Notes under the pieces: generated by a model | Seen by the model: only the letters and a program-made list of their open reading frames with translations | Databases searched by the model: none | What the model was told of the DNA's origin: nothing | Program-made: the position numbers and the translations under genes | In this document: piece after piece, positions 1 to 9,427 of the stretch | How positions within the stretch are numbered: position 1 is the stretch's first letter | Layout of the letters: the number at the start of each line of letters is the position of its first letter | Assembly: GCA_965228475.1 (NCBI GenBank) | Contig: OZ245817.1 | Location: forward strand, 4,256,001-4,320,000 | Direction of reading: 5' to 3' | DNA: 64,000 nt | Origin: Myxococcota bacterium | GTDB lineage: Bacteria > Myxococcota_A > UBA9160 > JAFDDA01

Positions 1-80
1 TGCATCCCGACGGCCGGCTCCTCGAGCCACCGCCGCCAATCCGGGCCTTCCTCGCCTCCGAGGTTCGCCAGGAGCTTCAT
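1..80 (-). CDS. 5' end of a gene running off the left edge (hypothetical protein, MKLLANLGGEEGPDW...)
   Basis: ATG at 80 with GGAG upstream, open to position 1, directly downstream of and co-oriented with the DUF455 gene. Confidence 0.45.
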   Translation of the reverse strand, partial: MKLLANLGGEEGPDWRRWLEEPAVGM

Positions 81-117
81 GTGCGGCGCTCCGGGGCCCA
101 CGAACTCCTGCGCGGTT

Positions 118-978
118 TCATCGTCGACGCGCCGGGTTCGTTTCCTGGTTCGATCGCGCGCTGCGGACCCGCTCGATGAAGTCCTCCGAGAGGCCGGCCT
201 CCCGCCGCGCGCGCACGTCGAAGCGGCGGGCCTTCGCGCGGGCCGGAGAGAACGGGAACGGCACGGCCGCCTCGTAGGCGGCCAGATCGCTCTCGGCTTC
301 CGGCCTCAGTGCCAGGAGCCAGGTCCGGGCGAAGCGCACGTGGCCGATCTCGTCGCGGTGGACCTCTTCGCACACGCGTGCGCTGGTCTCGTCTCCGGCT
401 TCCCGGAAGGCGTCGCGGTAGACGAGGGTGAAGTCGAGATTGGCCTGTTCGAGCGTAAGACCCATGGCCGAGAGGAAGGCGCACGGCCCGGCGTGGGCCG
501 CGCCTTCTTCGCTGCGAACGTCGGCGATGGTCCGGGCGTGGCGCCAGAAGTAACCGGAGAGCGGGTGCACCTCGAGCGACGAGCCGAGGGCCGCGAGGCG
601 TTCCAGGTAGAGACCGCAGTGCCGCTGCTCGTCGCGCAGGATGCCGAGCCAGCCGCGGCGCAGCTCCGCGGGAAGCGCGGGCCATCGCAACAGCGCCCAC
701 GCGAACAGCTCGACCGCCATGAGCTCGTGGTGGGCGAAGCGCGCGAGGCAGCGTGCGCGGGCCGCCGGGTCCGAGAGGGAGCCGGGGCGCGGGAGCGGAT
801 CCGCCGCCTCCTCGAGGGCGAGGCCCGGCGTGCGGGCCGGCTCGTCGATGCGCTGGGGTTCGTCGGCCGGCCGGCTCCCTTCGCCTCCGAGGACGAGCTC
901 GCCGCTCGGAGGCCGGAGCTTCGCTTCGAGCGAGGGGGAGACGAGGATCGCCCGGCAGTAGTCCGCGAGGGTTTGCAT
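118..978 (-). CDS. DUF455 family ferritin-like protein
   Basis: Diiron-like motifs FAHHELMAVE, DEQRH, LEQANLD and DEIGHV. Confidence 0.85.
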   Translation of the reverse strand: MQTLADYCRAILVSPSLEAKLRPPSGELVLGGEGSRPADEPQRIDEPARTPGLALEEAADPLPRPGSLSDPAARARCLARFAHHELMAVELFAWALLRWPALPAELRRGWLGILRDEQRHCGLYLERLAALGSSLEVHPLSGYFWRHARTIADVRSEEGAAHAGPCAFLSAMGLTLEQANLDFTLVYRDAFREAGDETSARVCEEVHRDEIGHVRFARTWLLALRPEAESDLAAYEAAVPFPFSPARAKARRFDVRARREAGLSEDFIERVRSARSNQETNPARRR

Positions 979-1070
979 GGTGCTCCGAGGCGGGAGGATA
1001 ACGTCCGCCCAACCCCCTGCCGACTCGCCGCAGAGCGCCTATGCTGCGCGCCCAACCCCGGAGGAGAGTC

Positions 1071-1880
1071 ATGGAACGCGTGCTTCGAGAAGGTGCATTC
1101 ACCGGCGAAACCCACCTCGTCACCGGCGCCGGCCAGGGCATCGGCGAGTGCATCGCGCGCTCGCTCGCCGCGCACGGCGCCCAGGTCGTGCTCGTCGATC
1201 TTTCGGCGGAGCGCCTCACGGAGGTCGCCGAGAGCATCCGCGGGGAAGGCTCGCCGGAGCCGATCGTCGCCGCGGGCAACGTCACCGACGAAGGGGACGT
1301 GAAGAACGCGGTGTCGACCGCACTCGAAGCCACGGGGCAGCTCAACGGGATCGTGAACGTCGCCGGCATCACGCGCGACGCCCGCATCGCGAAGAAGAGC
1401 TACGACGACTTCAAGGCCGTCATGGCCGTCCACCTCCACGGAACGTTCCTGTTCACCCGGGAGATCGCCGCCCAGCACTGGCACCCCCTCTTCAAGGAGA
1501 ACGGGAACCAGCCGCTCGAGGACGGCACGAACCGCTTCATCCTGAACTTCTCCTCGGTTTCGGCCCGCAACGGCAACGTCGGCCAGATCGACTACACCGC
1601 GGCGAAGGGTGCGATCGAAGCCGCCACCCGCACCACGGCGCGCGAGTTCACGAGCTACCGGGCGCGCGTGAACGCCATCGCCCCGGGGCCGGTCAACACG
1701 CCGATGCTCGCGGAGGTCGGCGAGGCGGGCATCGCGATGATGGGCGCCGCCACGCTGACGGGCCGCATCGCGGAGACCGAGGACATGGCGAACTTCATCT
1801 GCGCGCTCGCCGACCCGAAGATCGGCGGCTACGTGAACGGCCAGGTGATCCAGGTGAACGGCGGCATGTACCTCGCCTGA
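1071..1880 (+). CDS. SDR family oxidoreductase (FabG-like)
   Basis: TGAGQGIG, NVAGI, YTAAK and VNAIAPG motifs; ATG 1071 follows GAGGAG. Confidence 0.9.
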   Translation: MERVLREGAFTGETHLVTGAGQGIGECIARSLAAHGAQVVLVDLSAERLTEVAESIRGEGSPEPIVAAGNVTDEGDVKNAVSTALEATGQLNGIVNVAGITRDARIAKKSYDDFKAVMAVHLHGTFLFTREIAAQHWHPLFKENGNQPLEDGTNRFILNFSSVSARNGNVGQIDYTAAKGAIEAATRTTAREFTSYRARVNAIAPGPVNTPMLAEVGEAGIAMMGAATLTGRIAETEDMANFICALADPKIGGYVNGQVIQVNGGMYLA

Positions 1881-1929
1881 TCCGGCCGGGGCGCGCGGGC
1901 ATCCTCGCAGCGATTGCTAGGATCCGGCG

Positions 1930-3762
1930 GTGCTCCGCCGCATCCTCGCCCTCGTCGCCCTCTTCCTGTTCGTCGGCTCGCTGCTCGTCGGAGCCGCGTT
2001 CGTCCTGCGCTTCGAGCTGATCCGCTGGCGCCAGGATCTTCCCGCGTTCACGCACCAGCCCGGCGCGGTGACGTACGCGCGTGTCGCGATGCGCGACGGC
2101 GTCGAACTCGCCACGCAGATCGCGCTCCCGGCCCCGCCCGCGTCCGAGGACGACGCGATGGACGCTGCGGACGAAGCGCCGCCGCGCTGGCCCGTCGTCC
2201 TGATCCGCAACCCGTACCCGCGCTTCGATCGGATGGTGAAGCACCTGTGGTGCGGCGTGCTCGTACGGTACGGCTTCGGCTGCATCTACCAGGACGTCCG
2301 TGGGCAGATGGCTTCGGGCGGCGAGTGGGAGCCCTTCGTGAACGAGCGCGAGGACGGGCTCGACACGCTCGCGTGGCTCACGAAGCAGGCCTTCCAGGAC
2401 GGCAACCTCGCACTCTACGGGCCTTCCTACCTCGGCGCGGTGCAGTGGACCCTGGCAGACTCGCTCCCGCCGGAGGTCAAGACCCTCATCCCGATCGTCG
2501 TCACGACGGACTTCCGGCGCGCCGTCTTCGAGCGGGGACTCTTCCGCCACGAGACGTTCACGGCCTGGGCGGCCATGATGCGCGACGGAACGATGCACCG
2601 GGGCGCCGGGGACGACTACCAGGCGGCGTTGCGACACCGGCCCCACGCCGAGGCCGACGCCGCCTACTTCGACGGCCCCCTCGACTGGTACCGCGAGTGG
2701 ATCGCGAGCCCCGCCATCGACGACGCGCTCTGGCAGGGAGAAGGTTTCGCCGCGCTGCGCGCGACGCCCGCGGGCATCGACGTTCCGGTCCTGATGATCG
2801 GCGGCTGGTACGACGTCTTCTTCGGACCCCAGGCCGACGACTTCCTCGCGCTCGGCAGCCGCGACCGCAGCCGTTTCGTGATCGGCCCGTGGACCCACGG
2901 CGGCCGGCCCGCCGGCGTCTTCGACCTCCCCGACGCCGGCGGGGGCCTGACCCAATGGAAGACCGTGCTCGACTGGCTCGGACACCACCTGCGCGGCGAC
3001 CCGCTCGCGCAGCCGGCCTCGGGGGTGGCGAACTACGTGATGGGCGAAGCGCGATGGGCGGAACGCCCCGTCTGGCCTCCGCCGTCGCGGACCCGGAGCT
3101 GGTTCCTCGAAGCCGGGCCGGAGCGGGCCGGCTGCACGGTCGGCGCGCTCGCAACGGAGCCGCCCGCGACGGTGCAACGCATCGCGTACCGCTACGACCC
3201 GGACGACCCGACGCCGACCCTCGGCGGAAGCGGGATGCTTGCCTTCCTGCTGCCCGGCTTCGGGGGCGCACCCCCGGCCAACCAGTGGCAGCGCGAGCCC
3301 TGCGAGCGCGCGGACGTCGTGAGCTTCCTCTCCCCACCGATCGACGCCCCGCTCCACCTCGCCGGAAGCGGGGCGCTGCATCTCACGGTCCGCTCGGACG
3401 CCGAGGACACGGCGTTCCATGCCAAGCTGATCGAGGTCTTCGACGACGGGCGCGCCGTGAACGTCCGCGATGCGATCACGTCTCTCGCCTTCCGCGATGG
3501 CAGCGGCCGGCGGCAGACGTACCGGGCGGGTGAAACCGTCGATCTCGAGATCCCCCTCTGGCCGATCGAGTGGATCTTCCGCGCCGGCTCGCGGCTTCGG
3601 GTCGACGTCGCCTCGGCGGACTTCCCGAAGTACCACGCCCACCCGAACCGCGCGGAGCCCTGGGCCTCGGTGCGCGAAGCCCGCGTGGCCGAGCAGACGC
3701 TCGAGCTCGGCGGGGCGAGCGCCGCGCGGCTCGAACTCCCGATCCTCGAGGCGCGCCCCTGA
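1930..3762 (+). CDS. CocE/NonD family hydrolase with N-terminal TM anchor
   Basis: MRDGVELAT, QDVRG, GPSYLG nucleophile elbow, IGGWYD, IGPWTH; PepX_C-like C-terminus. Confidence 0.9.
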   Translation: MLRRILALVALFLFVGSLLVGAAFVLRFELIRWRQDLPAFTHQPGAVTYARVAMRDGVELATQIALPAPPASEDDAMDAADEAPPRWPVVLIRNPYPRFDRMVKHLWCGVLVRYGFGCIYQDVRGQMASGGEWEPFVNEREDGLDTLAWLTKQAFQDGNLALYGPSYLGAVQWTLADSLPPEVKTLIPIVVTTDFRRAVFERGLFRHETFTAWAAMMRDGTMHRGAGDDYQAALRHRPHAEADAAYFDGPLDWYREWIASPAIDDALWQGEGFAALRATPAGIDVPVLMIGGWYDVFFGPQADDFLALGSRDRSRFVIGPWTHGGRPAGVFDLPDAGGGLTQWKTVLDWLGHHLRGDPLAQPASGVANYVMGEARWAERPVWPPPSRTRSWFLEAGPERAGCTVGALATEPPATVQRIAYRYDPDDPTPTLGGSGMLAFLLPGFGGAPPANQWQREPCERADVVSFLSPPIDAPLHLAGSGALHLTVRSDAEDTAFHAKLIEVFDDGRAVNVRDAITSLAFRDGSGRRQTYRAGETVDLEIPLWPIEWIFRAGSRLRVDVASADFPKYHAHPNRAEPWASVREARVAEQTLELGGASAARLELPILEARP

Positions 3763-5327
3763 GCCCGGCAACGGCCAGCCCCCAGCGGCCGCTGCTCATC
3801 CCCGCCGGTCTCGCCCTCGCCTTCGCAGGGTGGCCCTGGCTCTTCCTCGGCGAACGCTGGCACGCCCTCGGCACGGCCTCGCTCCCGTTCGCGGCGCTCC
3901 TGATCCTCGCCGCGGCGGCCCTCGCTCTTTCGTCCCGGCGCAGCGGCCGCCAGCTCACGCTCTCCTTCGAATCGCGCCGCGTGCACTGGGTGCAGATGAT
4001 CATGCACGCCTCGCTGTTCGTGGGCTGGGCGCCGTACTTCGATCAGGTCGTCGAGCACGTCCCGCACTTCGTCGCGCAGATCGCCTTCCTCTATGCCTTC
4101 GACCTGCTGCTCGGCTTCAGCCGGCGCGACCACGTGCGGACGGGCTTCGGCCCGATCCCGATCGTCGGGAGCGTGAACCTCTTCCTCTGGTTCCAGGACG
4201 AATGGTTCGGGCTCCAGTTCGTCCTACTCGCTGTGGGCGCGCTCGCCAAGGAGTTCCTCGTCTGGGAACGCGACGGTCGAAGGCGGCACGTCTTCAACCC
4301 CTCGAGCTTCCCGCTCTTCCTCGCCTGCGTCGGGCTCTGGGCGACGGGGAGCGACGACCTGACCTTCGCGAGCGACATCGCCGTCACCCAGGGAACGGTC
4401 CCCTACGGCTGGCTCGGCATCTTCCTGCTCGGCCTGGTCGTGCAGTCGCTCTTCTCGGTGACGCTCGTGACCCTGGGCGCGCTGCTTGCGATCTTCGTCC
4501 TGAACCAGCTCGTGACGTTTGCGACGGGCTCGTTCATCTGGGTCGACGTCGGCGTTCCGGTCGCCGTCTACCTCGGCTGCCACTTCCTGATCACGGACCC
4601 GGCGACCTCCCCGCGCAGCGACGCCGGCCGCTTCGTGTTCGGCCTGCTCTACGGAACGGCCGTCACCGGCCTCTACCTCGGCCTGCGGGAGGTCGGCGGG
4701 CCGGCCCACTACGACAAACTCCTGTGCGTCCCCTTCCTGAACCTGCTCGTTCGCCGCCTCGACCGCCTGGGTACCGTGCCGGAGGACACGTCCGGAAACC
4801 GGATCCACGTGGCGCTGGCCGCGCTCTTCTACGGCCTCAGCGTGGCGACCCACTTCGTCGGGACGAACCACCCGGGAACGAGCCTTCCGTTCTGGGAAGC
4901 GGCCTGTCGGGAAGAGCGTTGGCGGGGCTGCGAAGCCCGCGCGGATCTCGTCGACGAACGCTGCCATGCCGGGGAGTGGCTGCGCTGCGAGGAGTACGCG
5001 CGCCTCCTCATCGCGGGCGAGGGCGTCGAGCGCGATCTCGCCTCGGCGGGCTACCACTACACGCTCGCCTGCCAGCAGGGCACCGAGGCCGCGTGCGATG
5101 CCATCCCCGCCTACCGCGCCGCGGGAGGCGATGCCGCCCTGCGCGAAGCCTGCGACGCCGACGACGGACTCTCCTGCCTCGTGCTCGGCGTCGTCACGGG
5201 AGGGCGCTTCGGCGAGCCCGCGGATCCCGAAGCCGCCGCCGCGGCGCTCGCCCGCTCCTGCGAGCTCGGGACCGACGAAGCCTGCGAATTCCTCGAAGCG
5301 AGCGGGGGCAAGCGCCTCCAGCCCTAG
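3759..5327 (+). CDS. RnfD/NqrB (NQR2)-like polytopic membrane protein with C-terminal Cys-rich Sel1-like repeats; start uncertain
   Basis: HVFNPS and FLITDPATSP motifs, many TM helices, C-terminal ACxxG...AC repeats; start placed at the overlap with the CocE stop. Confidence 0.7.
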   Translation: MSPATASPQRPLLIPAGLALAFAGWPWLFLGERWHALGTASLPFAALLILAAAALALSSRRSGRQLTLSFESRRVHWVQMIMHASLFVGWAPYFDQVVEHVPHFVAQIAFLYAFDLLLGFSRRDHVRTGFGPIPIVGSVNLFLWFQDEWFGLQFVLLAVGALAKEFLVWERDGRRRHVFNPSSFPLFLACVGLWATGSDDLTFASDIAVTQGTVPYGWLGIFLLGLVVQSLFSVTLVTLGALLAIFVLNQLVTFATGSFIWVDVGVPVAVYLGCHFLITDPATSPRSDAGRFVFGLLYGTAVTGLYLGLREVGGPAHYDKLLCVPFLNLLVRRLDRLGTVPEDTSGNRIHVALAALFYGLSVATHFVGTNHPGTSLPFWEAACREERWRGCEARADLVDERCHAGEWLRCEEYARLLIAGEGVERDLASAGYHYTLACQQGTEAACDAIPAYRAAGGDAALREACDADDGLSCLVLGVVTGGRFGEPADPEAAAAALARSCELGTDEACEFLEASGGKRLQP

Positions 5328-5476
5328 GCGAACCCAGCGCCTTCTCGGCGTTCCGGGGGCCGGACGCGGAGGTGCCCGGGGCAGAGCAGTCGTCTCCACC
5401 CCGGGCGAATTCCGCGCGAGCGATCGCGTCAATCACCTTGCGCGAAATGCGAACCCCCGCTGGGCGAGCCCGTGGG

Positions 5477-6301
5477 CTAGCCGAGCAGGGACAAGGCGAT
5501 CGAAGTCGAAACGTTGGCCTGGGCGAGAACCGAGACGCCGGCCTGCTGCAGGACCTGGTTCCGGGTGAGTGCCGCGGTCTCGACCGCGACGTCCACGTCC
5601 CGAATTCGCGACTCTGCGGCCGAGATGTTCTCGACGGCCGTGGCGATCGAGCGAATGGTCGACTCGAGGCGGTTCTGCGTGGTACCGAAGGTCGCCCGCA
5701 ACGAGGCGACCACACCGATCGCGCTGTCGAGGACGTCGAGGGTCCCCTGGGCTCCAGCCTGACTCGAGACCGAGAGCGAAGCGACGCCGATGGCCGAAGC
5801 CGTGGCCGCGACGCCCGAGACGGTGATCGTGTCCGCCGAGGTCCCGTTCACGCCCACCTGGAAGGTGACGCTCGCGGTCCCGTCCGAGAGGACGGTGATC
5901 CCGTTGAACTGCGTGACGTTGGCGATGCGGTCGATCTCGCTGATCAACTGCTGGAACTCGAGGTTCAGGGAGGCGCGCTCGGAAGTCCCGAGGGTGCCGT
6001 TGGAGGCCTGGATGGCGAGCTCGCGCATGCGGATCAGGATCTGGCCGCTCTCGTCGAGCGCGCCTTCCGCGATCTGCACGAGCGAGATGGCATCGAGCGA
6101 GTTGCGCTGCGCCTGCTCGAGGCTTCGGATCTCGGCTCGGAAGCCCTCGGAGATCGCGAGGCCGGCGGCGTCGTCCGCGGCTCGGTTGATTCGCAGGCCC
6201 GAAGAAAGCCGCTCGAAGGAGCGCGAAAGCCGGGCGGTGGTGTTGGCGAGATTTCGCTGGGCGTTGATGGACGCGATGTTCGTATTGACGCGAAGACCCA
6301 T
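5477..6301 (-). CDS. fliC: Flagellin (short, 274 aa)
   Basis: MGLRVNTNIAS...RLSSGLRINRAADDAAGLAISE and ESRIRDVDVA...VLAQAN...SLLG; SD AAGGAGG. Confidence 0.96.
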   Translation of the reverse strand: MGLRVNTNIASINAQRNLANTTARLSRSFERLSSGLRINRAADDAAGLAISEGFRAEIRSLEQAQRNSLDAISLVQIAEGALDESGQILIRMRELAIQASNGTLGTSERASLNLEFQQLISEIDRIANVTQFNGITVLSDGTASVTFQVGVNGTSADTITVSGVAATASAIGVASLSVSSQAGAQGTLDVLDSAIGVVASLRATFGTTQNRLESTIRSIATAVENISAAESRIRDVDVAVETAALTRNQVLQQAGVSVLAQANVSTSIALSLLG

Positions 6302-6326
6302 GGTCCGTTCCTCCTTGACTGACTGA

Positions 6327-6345
6327 TCCACCGATCCTTGGTGGA
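6327..6345 (-). promoter_or_regulatory. Candidate CsrA-binding hairpin in the flagellin leader
   Basis: Minus-strand TCCACC-AAGGATC-GGTGGA, with AGGA in the loop of a 6-bp stem; a second AAGGA overlaps the SD. Confidence 0.55.
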
Positions 6346-6415
6346 CGAAGCGTCGACAGCCCTTCTCGGGCTACGGTCCGCAGCCGGTCACCGGCTACTT
6401 CATGACGCATTCTGA

Positions 6416-6443
6416 GGTTCGGCCTTCGGGGGGCCGCGATTGA
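6416..6443 (-). promoter_or_regulatory. Possible sigma28 (FliA) promoter
   Basis: TCAA-N16-GCCGAACC upstream of flagellin versus consensus TAAA-N15-GCCGATAA. Confidence 0.4.
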
Positions 6444-6591
6444 GCACTTCTTGCCGATCGGCTGCAAAAAAGCTGCCCCGCCGCTGCCCTCGGACTGCTC
6501 GGCGCCTGCCCGGCGGCTGCGGGCCGCCCGCGGCAATGCTTCGTTCCGATTGCGCTTTTCCGGCGCGGGCCGGGGGAAACCCCGAGGCCGC

Positions 6592-7023
6592 TCAGGCGGC
6601 TTCGCGCTCGAGCACGATCACCGGGATGGGGCGATCGGTGCGCTCCTCGTAGACCGTGTAGTTCGGGTACTGCCCGCAAACGTGCTGCCACAAAGCGGGC
6701 CGCTCCTCCGGGCCCGCCTCCCGCGCCGTGACGCCGAACCGCTCCCGCCCGACCTGCACCTCCCCTCGCCCCGCGTGGCGGAGGTTCAGCCACCAGGCCG
6801 GCGGACGGTCGGAGCCAAGGTTCGACCCGACCAGCAGGATCCGCTCTCCGTGGCGGACGTAGAGCAGCGGCGCGATGCGCGGCGCCCCGGACTTCCGCCC
6901 CACGGTATGGAGGAGCAGCATCGGCTGGCGCCCGAGCTTGTGCCCGATGCGCCCGCCGGACTTCAGGTAGAGGAAGCGGTGCACGTGGGTGATCAGGGCC
7001 AGCAGCCAGCGAGAGTTCGGCAT
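6592..7023 (-). CDS. Deazaflavin (F420)-dependent nitroreductase family protein (Ddn-like)
   Basis: LLLHTVGRKSG, GSNLG...PAWWLNL, YxxYEERTDRPIPV motifs. Confidence 0.88.
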   Translation of the reverse strand: MPNSRWLLALITHVHRFLYLKSGGRIGHKLGRQPMLLLHTVGRKSGAPRIAPLLYVRHGERILLVGSNLGSDRPPAWWLNLRHAGRGEVQVGRERFGVTAREAGPEERPALWQHVCGQYPNYTVYEERTDRPIPVIVLEREAA

Positions 7024-7028
7024 GGCGT

Positions 7029-8537
7029 TCAATCCTCGGGAAGGAGTGCGTCTAGAATCCGAGCGAGGCGCGCCGGTTCGCGCCGCAGGTGGACCGTCTT
7101 GCCCCCGGTCACGTAGACCAGCCCGGGCTTCGCGCCCTTCGGCTTCTTCACCTGCTTGATCGGGACGACGTGGACGTTCGCCCGGTTCGCCTTGCGCTGC
7201 TTCGAGAAGTGGACGGCGAGTTCGCAGGCTTCGAGGAGCGCCTCCTGCGGCGGGTCGTCCCGGCCGCCGGTGCGCAGGATGACGTGGCTCCCGGGCTCGG
7301 CTTCGAGGTGGAGGAAGAGATCCTTCCCGCGCGCGAGACGCGTGGTCAGGTGGTCGTTGCCCTCGTCGTTCTTGCCGACCCAGATCTCGAGGTCGCCGCT
7401 GGCGCGATAGCGCTTGGGCTGGAGGCGGCGCGGAAGGGCGCCCTTCTTCGGGCGCTCACCGCCCTTCCTCGAACTGGGTGCGGGAGGCGGCGCGTAGCGC
7501 GAGAGCAGGCGCGCGACGTCGGGCCGCGCGGCCAGGGCCTCGAGCGCCTCGGCATCGTCCGCCTTCGCTTCGACCTCCTCGAGCCACGCCGCGAGCTGCG
7601 CGCGCCGCTCCTCGGCTTCGGCCAGCTGGCCACCGGCGACCGTCGCCCGCTTCAGGGCCTTGTGGTAGCGCTTGAAGATCCGCTCGAGGTTGGCCTTGCC
7701 CGAGAGCTTCGGGTCGAGGGGGATCACGACCTCTTCCCCGTTCGAGAAGTCCCGCGCGCGCACCTCCTCGGCACCGGGTGCGACGTCACCGAGCACGCTC
7801 TTCAGGAGCTCCCCGTTGCGATGGAGCTCGGCGGCTTCGTCCCCGGCCTGGGCGTCGCGCTCGAGCTTCTCGAGGCGCCGCTTCAAACGAGAGAGTTCCT
7901 TCCCGAGCACCTGGCGGATCCGGCGCGCCTCCTCGTTGCCGCGCGACGCGGCCTCGAGCGGCCCGTAGTGCGCCTCGATCGCATCGAGCACGGCGAGACC
8001 CCGAGCCTCGGCGAAGCGATCCTCCCCGGCCGCGGGCGGGTTGCCCTCGGGGCTCCTGTAGGGCTGGCCGAGCGCGAGATCCCGGCGCGTGTCGCCGAGC
8101 GGGCGCAGGGCCGCGCGCAGGATGCCGTCGCCGTCCAACAGGTAGAGGTTGCTGCGCGGACCGAGCAGCGCGAGCACGAGATCGAAGCGCGCCTCCTTCG
8201 TTTCGAACCCCAGGGCGAGCTGACGGTCGCCGCCGAGGATGCGGGCCGAGACGAAGCGCGCGCGGTCGAGGTGCGCCCGCAGGAACGCCGCGAAGGCCGG
8301 CGGATCCGCAGGTGCGGCCGGACGCTCCGAGACCCGCGCGATGCGCGCGGCGTCGGGGCGGACCGAGAAACAGAGCTCGTGCTTTGCACCGCCCTCGCCT
8401 CCCGGGGCACCCCCCGGCACGTGGAGCCGCAGATAGACGGTCCGCTCGTCGGTCTGGGCGATCGCACGCAGACGCGCACCCGCCAGGGGCTCGGCGATCG
8501 CCTCCGCGACGTGCTGCAGTTCGGCCAGGGACAGCAC
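7029..8537 (-). CDS. rqcH: NFACT/RqcH (FbpA-like) ribosome quality control protein
   Basis: NFACT-N (GDRQL, LLGPRSN), coiled coil with IPLDPKLS, NFACT-R (IWVGKN..ND, PGSHVIL, KKPKGAKPG); GTG start. Confidence 0.85.
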   Translation of the reverse strand: MLSLAELQHVAEAIAEPLAGARLRAIAQTDERTVYLRLHVPGGAPGGEGGAKHELCFSVRPDAARIARVSERPAAPADPPAFAAFLRAHLDRARFVSARILGGDRQLALGFETKEARFDLVLALLGPRSNLYLLDGDGILRAALRPLGDTRRDLALGQPYRSPEGNPPAAGEDRFAEARGLAVLDAIEAHYGPLEAASRGNEEARRIRQVLGKELSRLKRRLEKLERDAQAGDEAAELHRNGELLKSVLGDVAPGAEEVRARDFSNGEEVVIPLDPKLSGKANLERIFKRYHKALKRATVAGGQLAEAEERRAQLAAWLEEVEAKADDAEALEALAARPDVARLLSRYAPPPAPSSRKGGERPKKGALPRRLQPKRYRASGDLEIWVGKNDEGNDHLTTRLARGKDLFLHLEAEPGSHVILRTGGRDDPPQEALLEACELAVHFSKQRKANRANVHVVPIKQVKKPKGAKPGLVYVTGGKTVHLRREPARLARILDALLPED

Positions 8538-8542
8538 CGCGG

Positions 8543-9418
8543 CTACCTCTGGCACCGGCGGCAGTAGTGGGTGCCGCGCGCGCCGACGACGATGCGCCGG
8601 ATCGGCTCGCCGCAGACGGAACACGGCTCCCCGGTGCGCGCATAGACGCGCCGCTCGTCCTGGTAGGCGCCGTCGCTGCCGTCCGGTGCGACGTAGTCGC
8701 TGATGCTCGAGCCCCCCGTCTCGATCGAACGCTCCATCACCCGGCGCAGGCTCTCGGCGAGCGCGTCGCACTCGCGCCGCGTGACGCGCAGCGCCCGGCG
8801 CGTCGGCCGGACCCCGGCCAGGAAGAGCGCTTCGTCCGCATAGATGTTCCCGACGCCGGCCAGCACGTCCTGGGAGAGCAGCAGATTTTTCACGGCGACG
8901 GTGCGTTTGCGGCTCGCCACGAACAGGTGCTCGCCGGTCACCTCGAGGGCGTCGCGCCCGAGCTTCGCCACGCGCTCGAGATCTTCGCCGGGTTCGGCGA
9001 GCTGCACCTTCCCGAACTTGCGGACGTCGCGCATGAAGACGACGGGGCCGTCGTCCGCGAAGCGCAGGACCATGTGGGTGTGGGCGTCGGGTTCGAAGTC
9101 GGGCTGACTCTCGGGGGCGAGCGAGGCGCGTGCCGTCGCCGAGAGCAGGCGCACGCTGGCCGCCCCGGCCGAGAAGAGCTGGCCCGTCATGCCGAGGTGG
9201 ATGAGCAGGCGCGCGCCGTCGTCGAGGTGCGCGATCAGATACTTCCCCTTGCGTTCGAGGGCGGTGATGGTCCGGCCCGGGAGACGCCTGCGCAGACGGG
9301 CCGGCGGCGTCAGGAAGAAGTAGCTCGGCCGGGTCGTCTCGAGGGACGCCACGCGGCGGCCGACGAGCCGGGGCTCGATCTGGCGACGCGTGACTTCGAC
9401 TTCCGGCAGCTCGGGCAT
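8543..9418 (-). CDS. mutM: Formamidopyrimidine-DNA glycosylase
   Basis: MPELPEVE, RKGKYL, HLGMTG, GVGNIYADEAL, C-terminal zinc finger. Confidence 0.97.
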   Translation of the reverse strand: MPELPEVEVTRRQIEPRLVGRRVASLETTRPSYFFLTPPARLRRRLPGRTITALERKGKYLIAHLDDGARLLIHLGMTGQLFSAGAASVRLLSATARASLAPESQPDFEPDAHTHMVLRFADDGPVVFMRDVRKFGKVQLAEPGEDLERVAKLGRDALEVTGEHLFVASRKRTVAVKNLLLSQDVLAGVGNIYADEALFLAGVRPTRRALRVTRRECDALAESLRRVMERSIETGGSSISDYVAPDGSDGAYQDERRVYARTGEPCSVCGEPIRRIVVGARGTHYCRRCQR

Positions 9419-9427
9419 CGCGGAACG

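Noticed and set aside
5328..5476. Short inverted repeats between the Sel1 gene and flagellin
   Set aside because: Stems are short and GC-rich with no U-tract or recognisable fold
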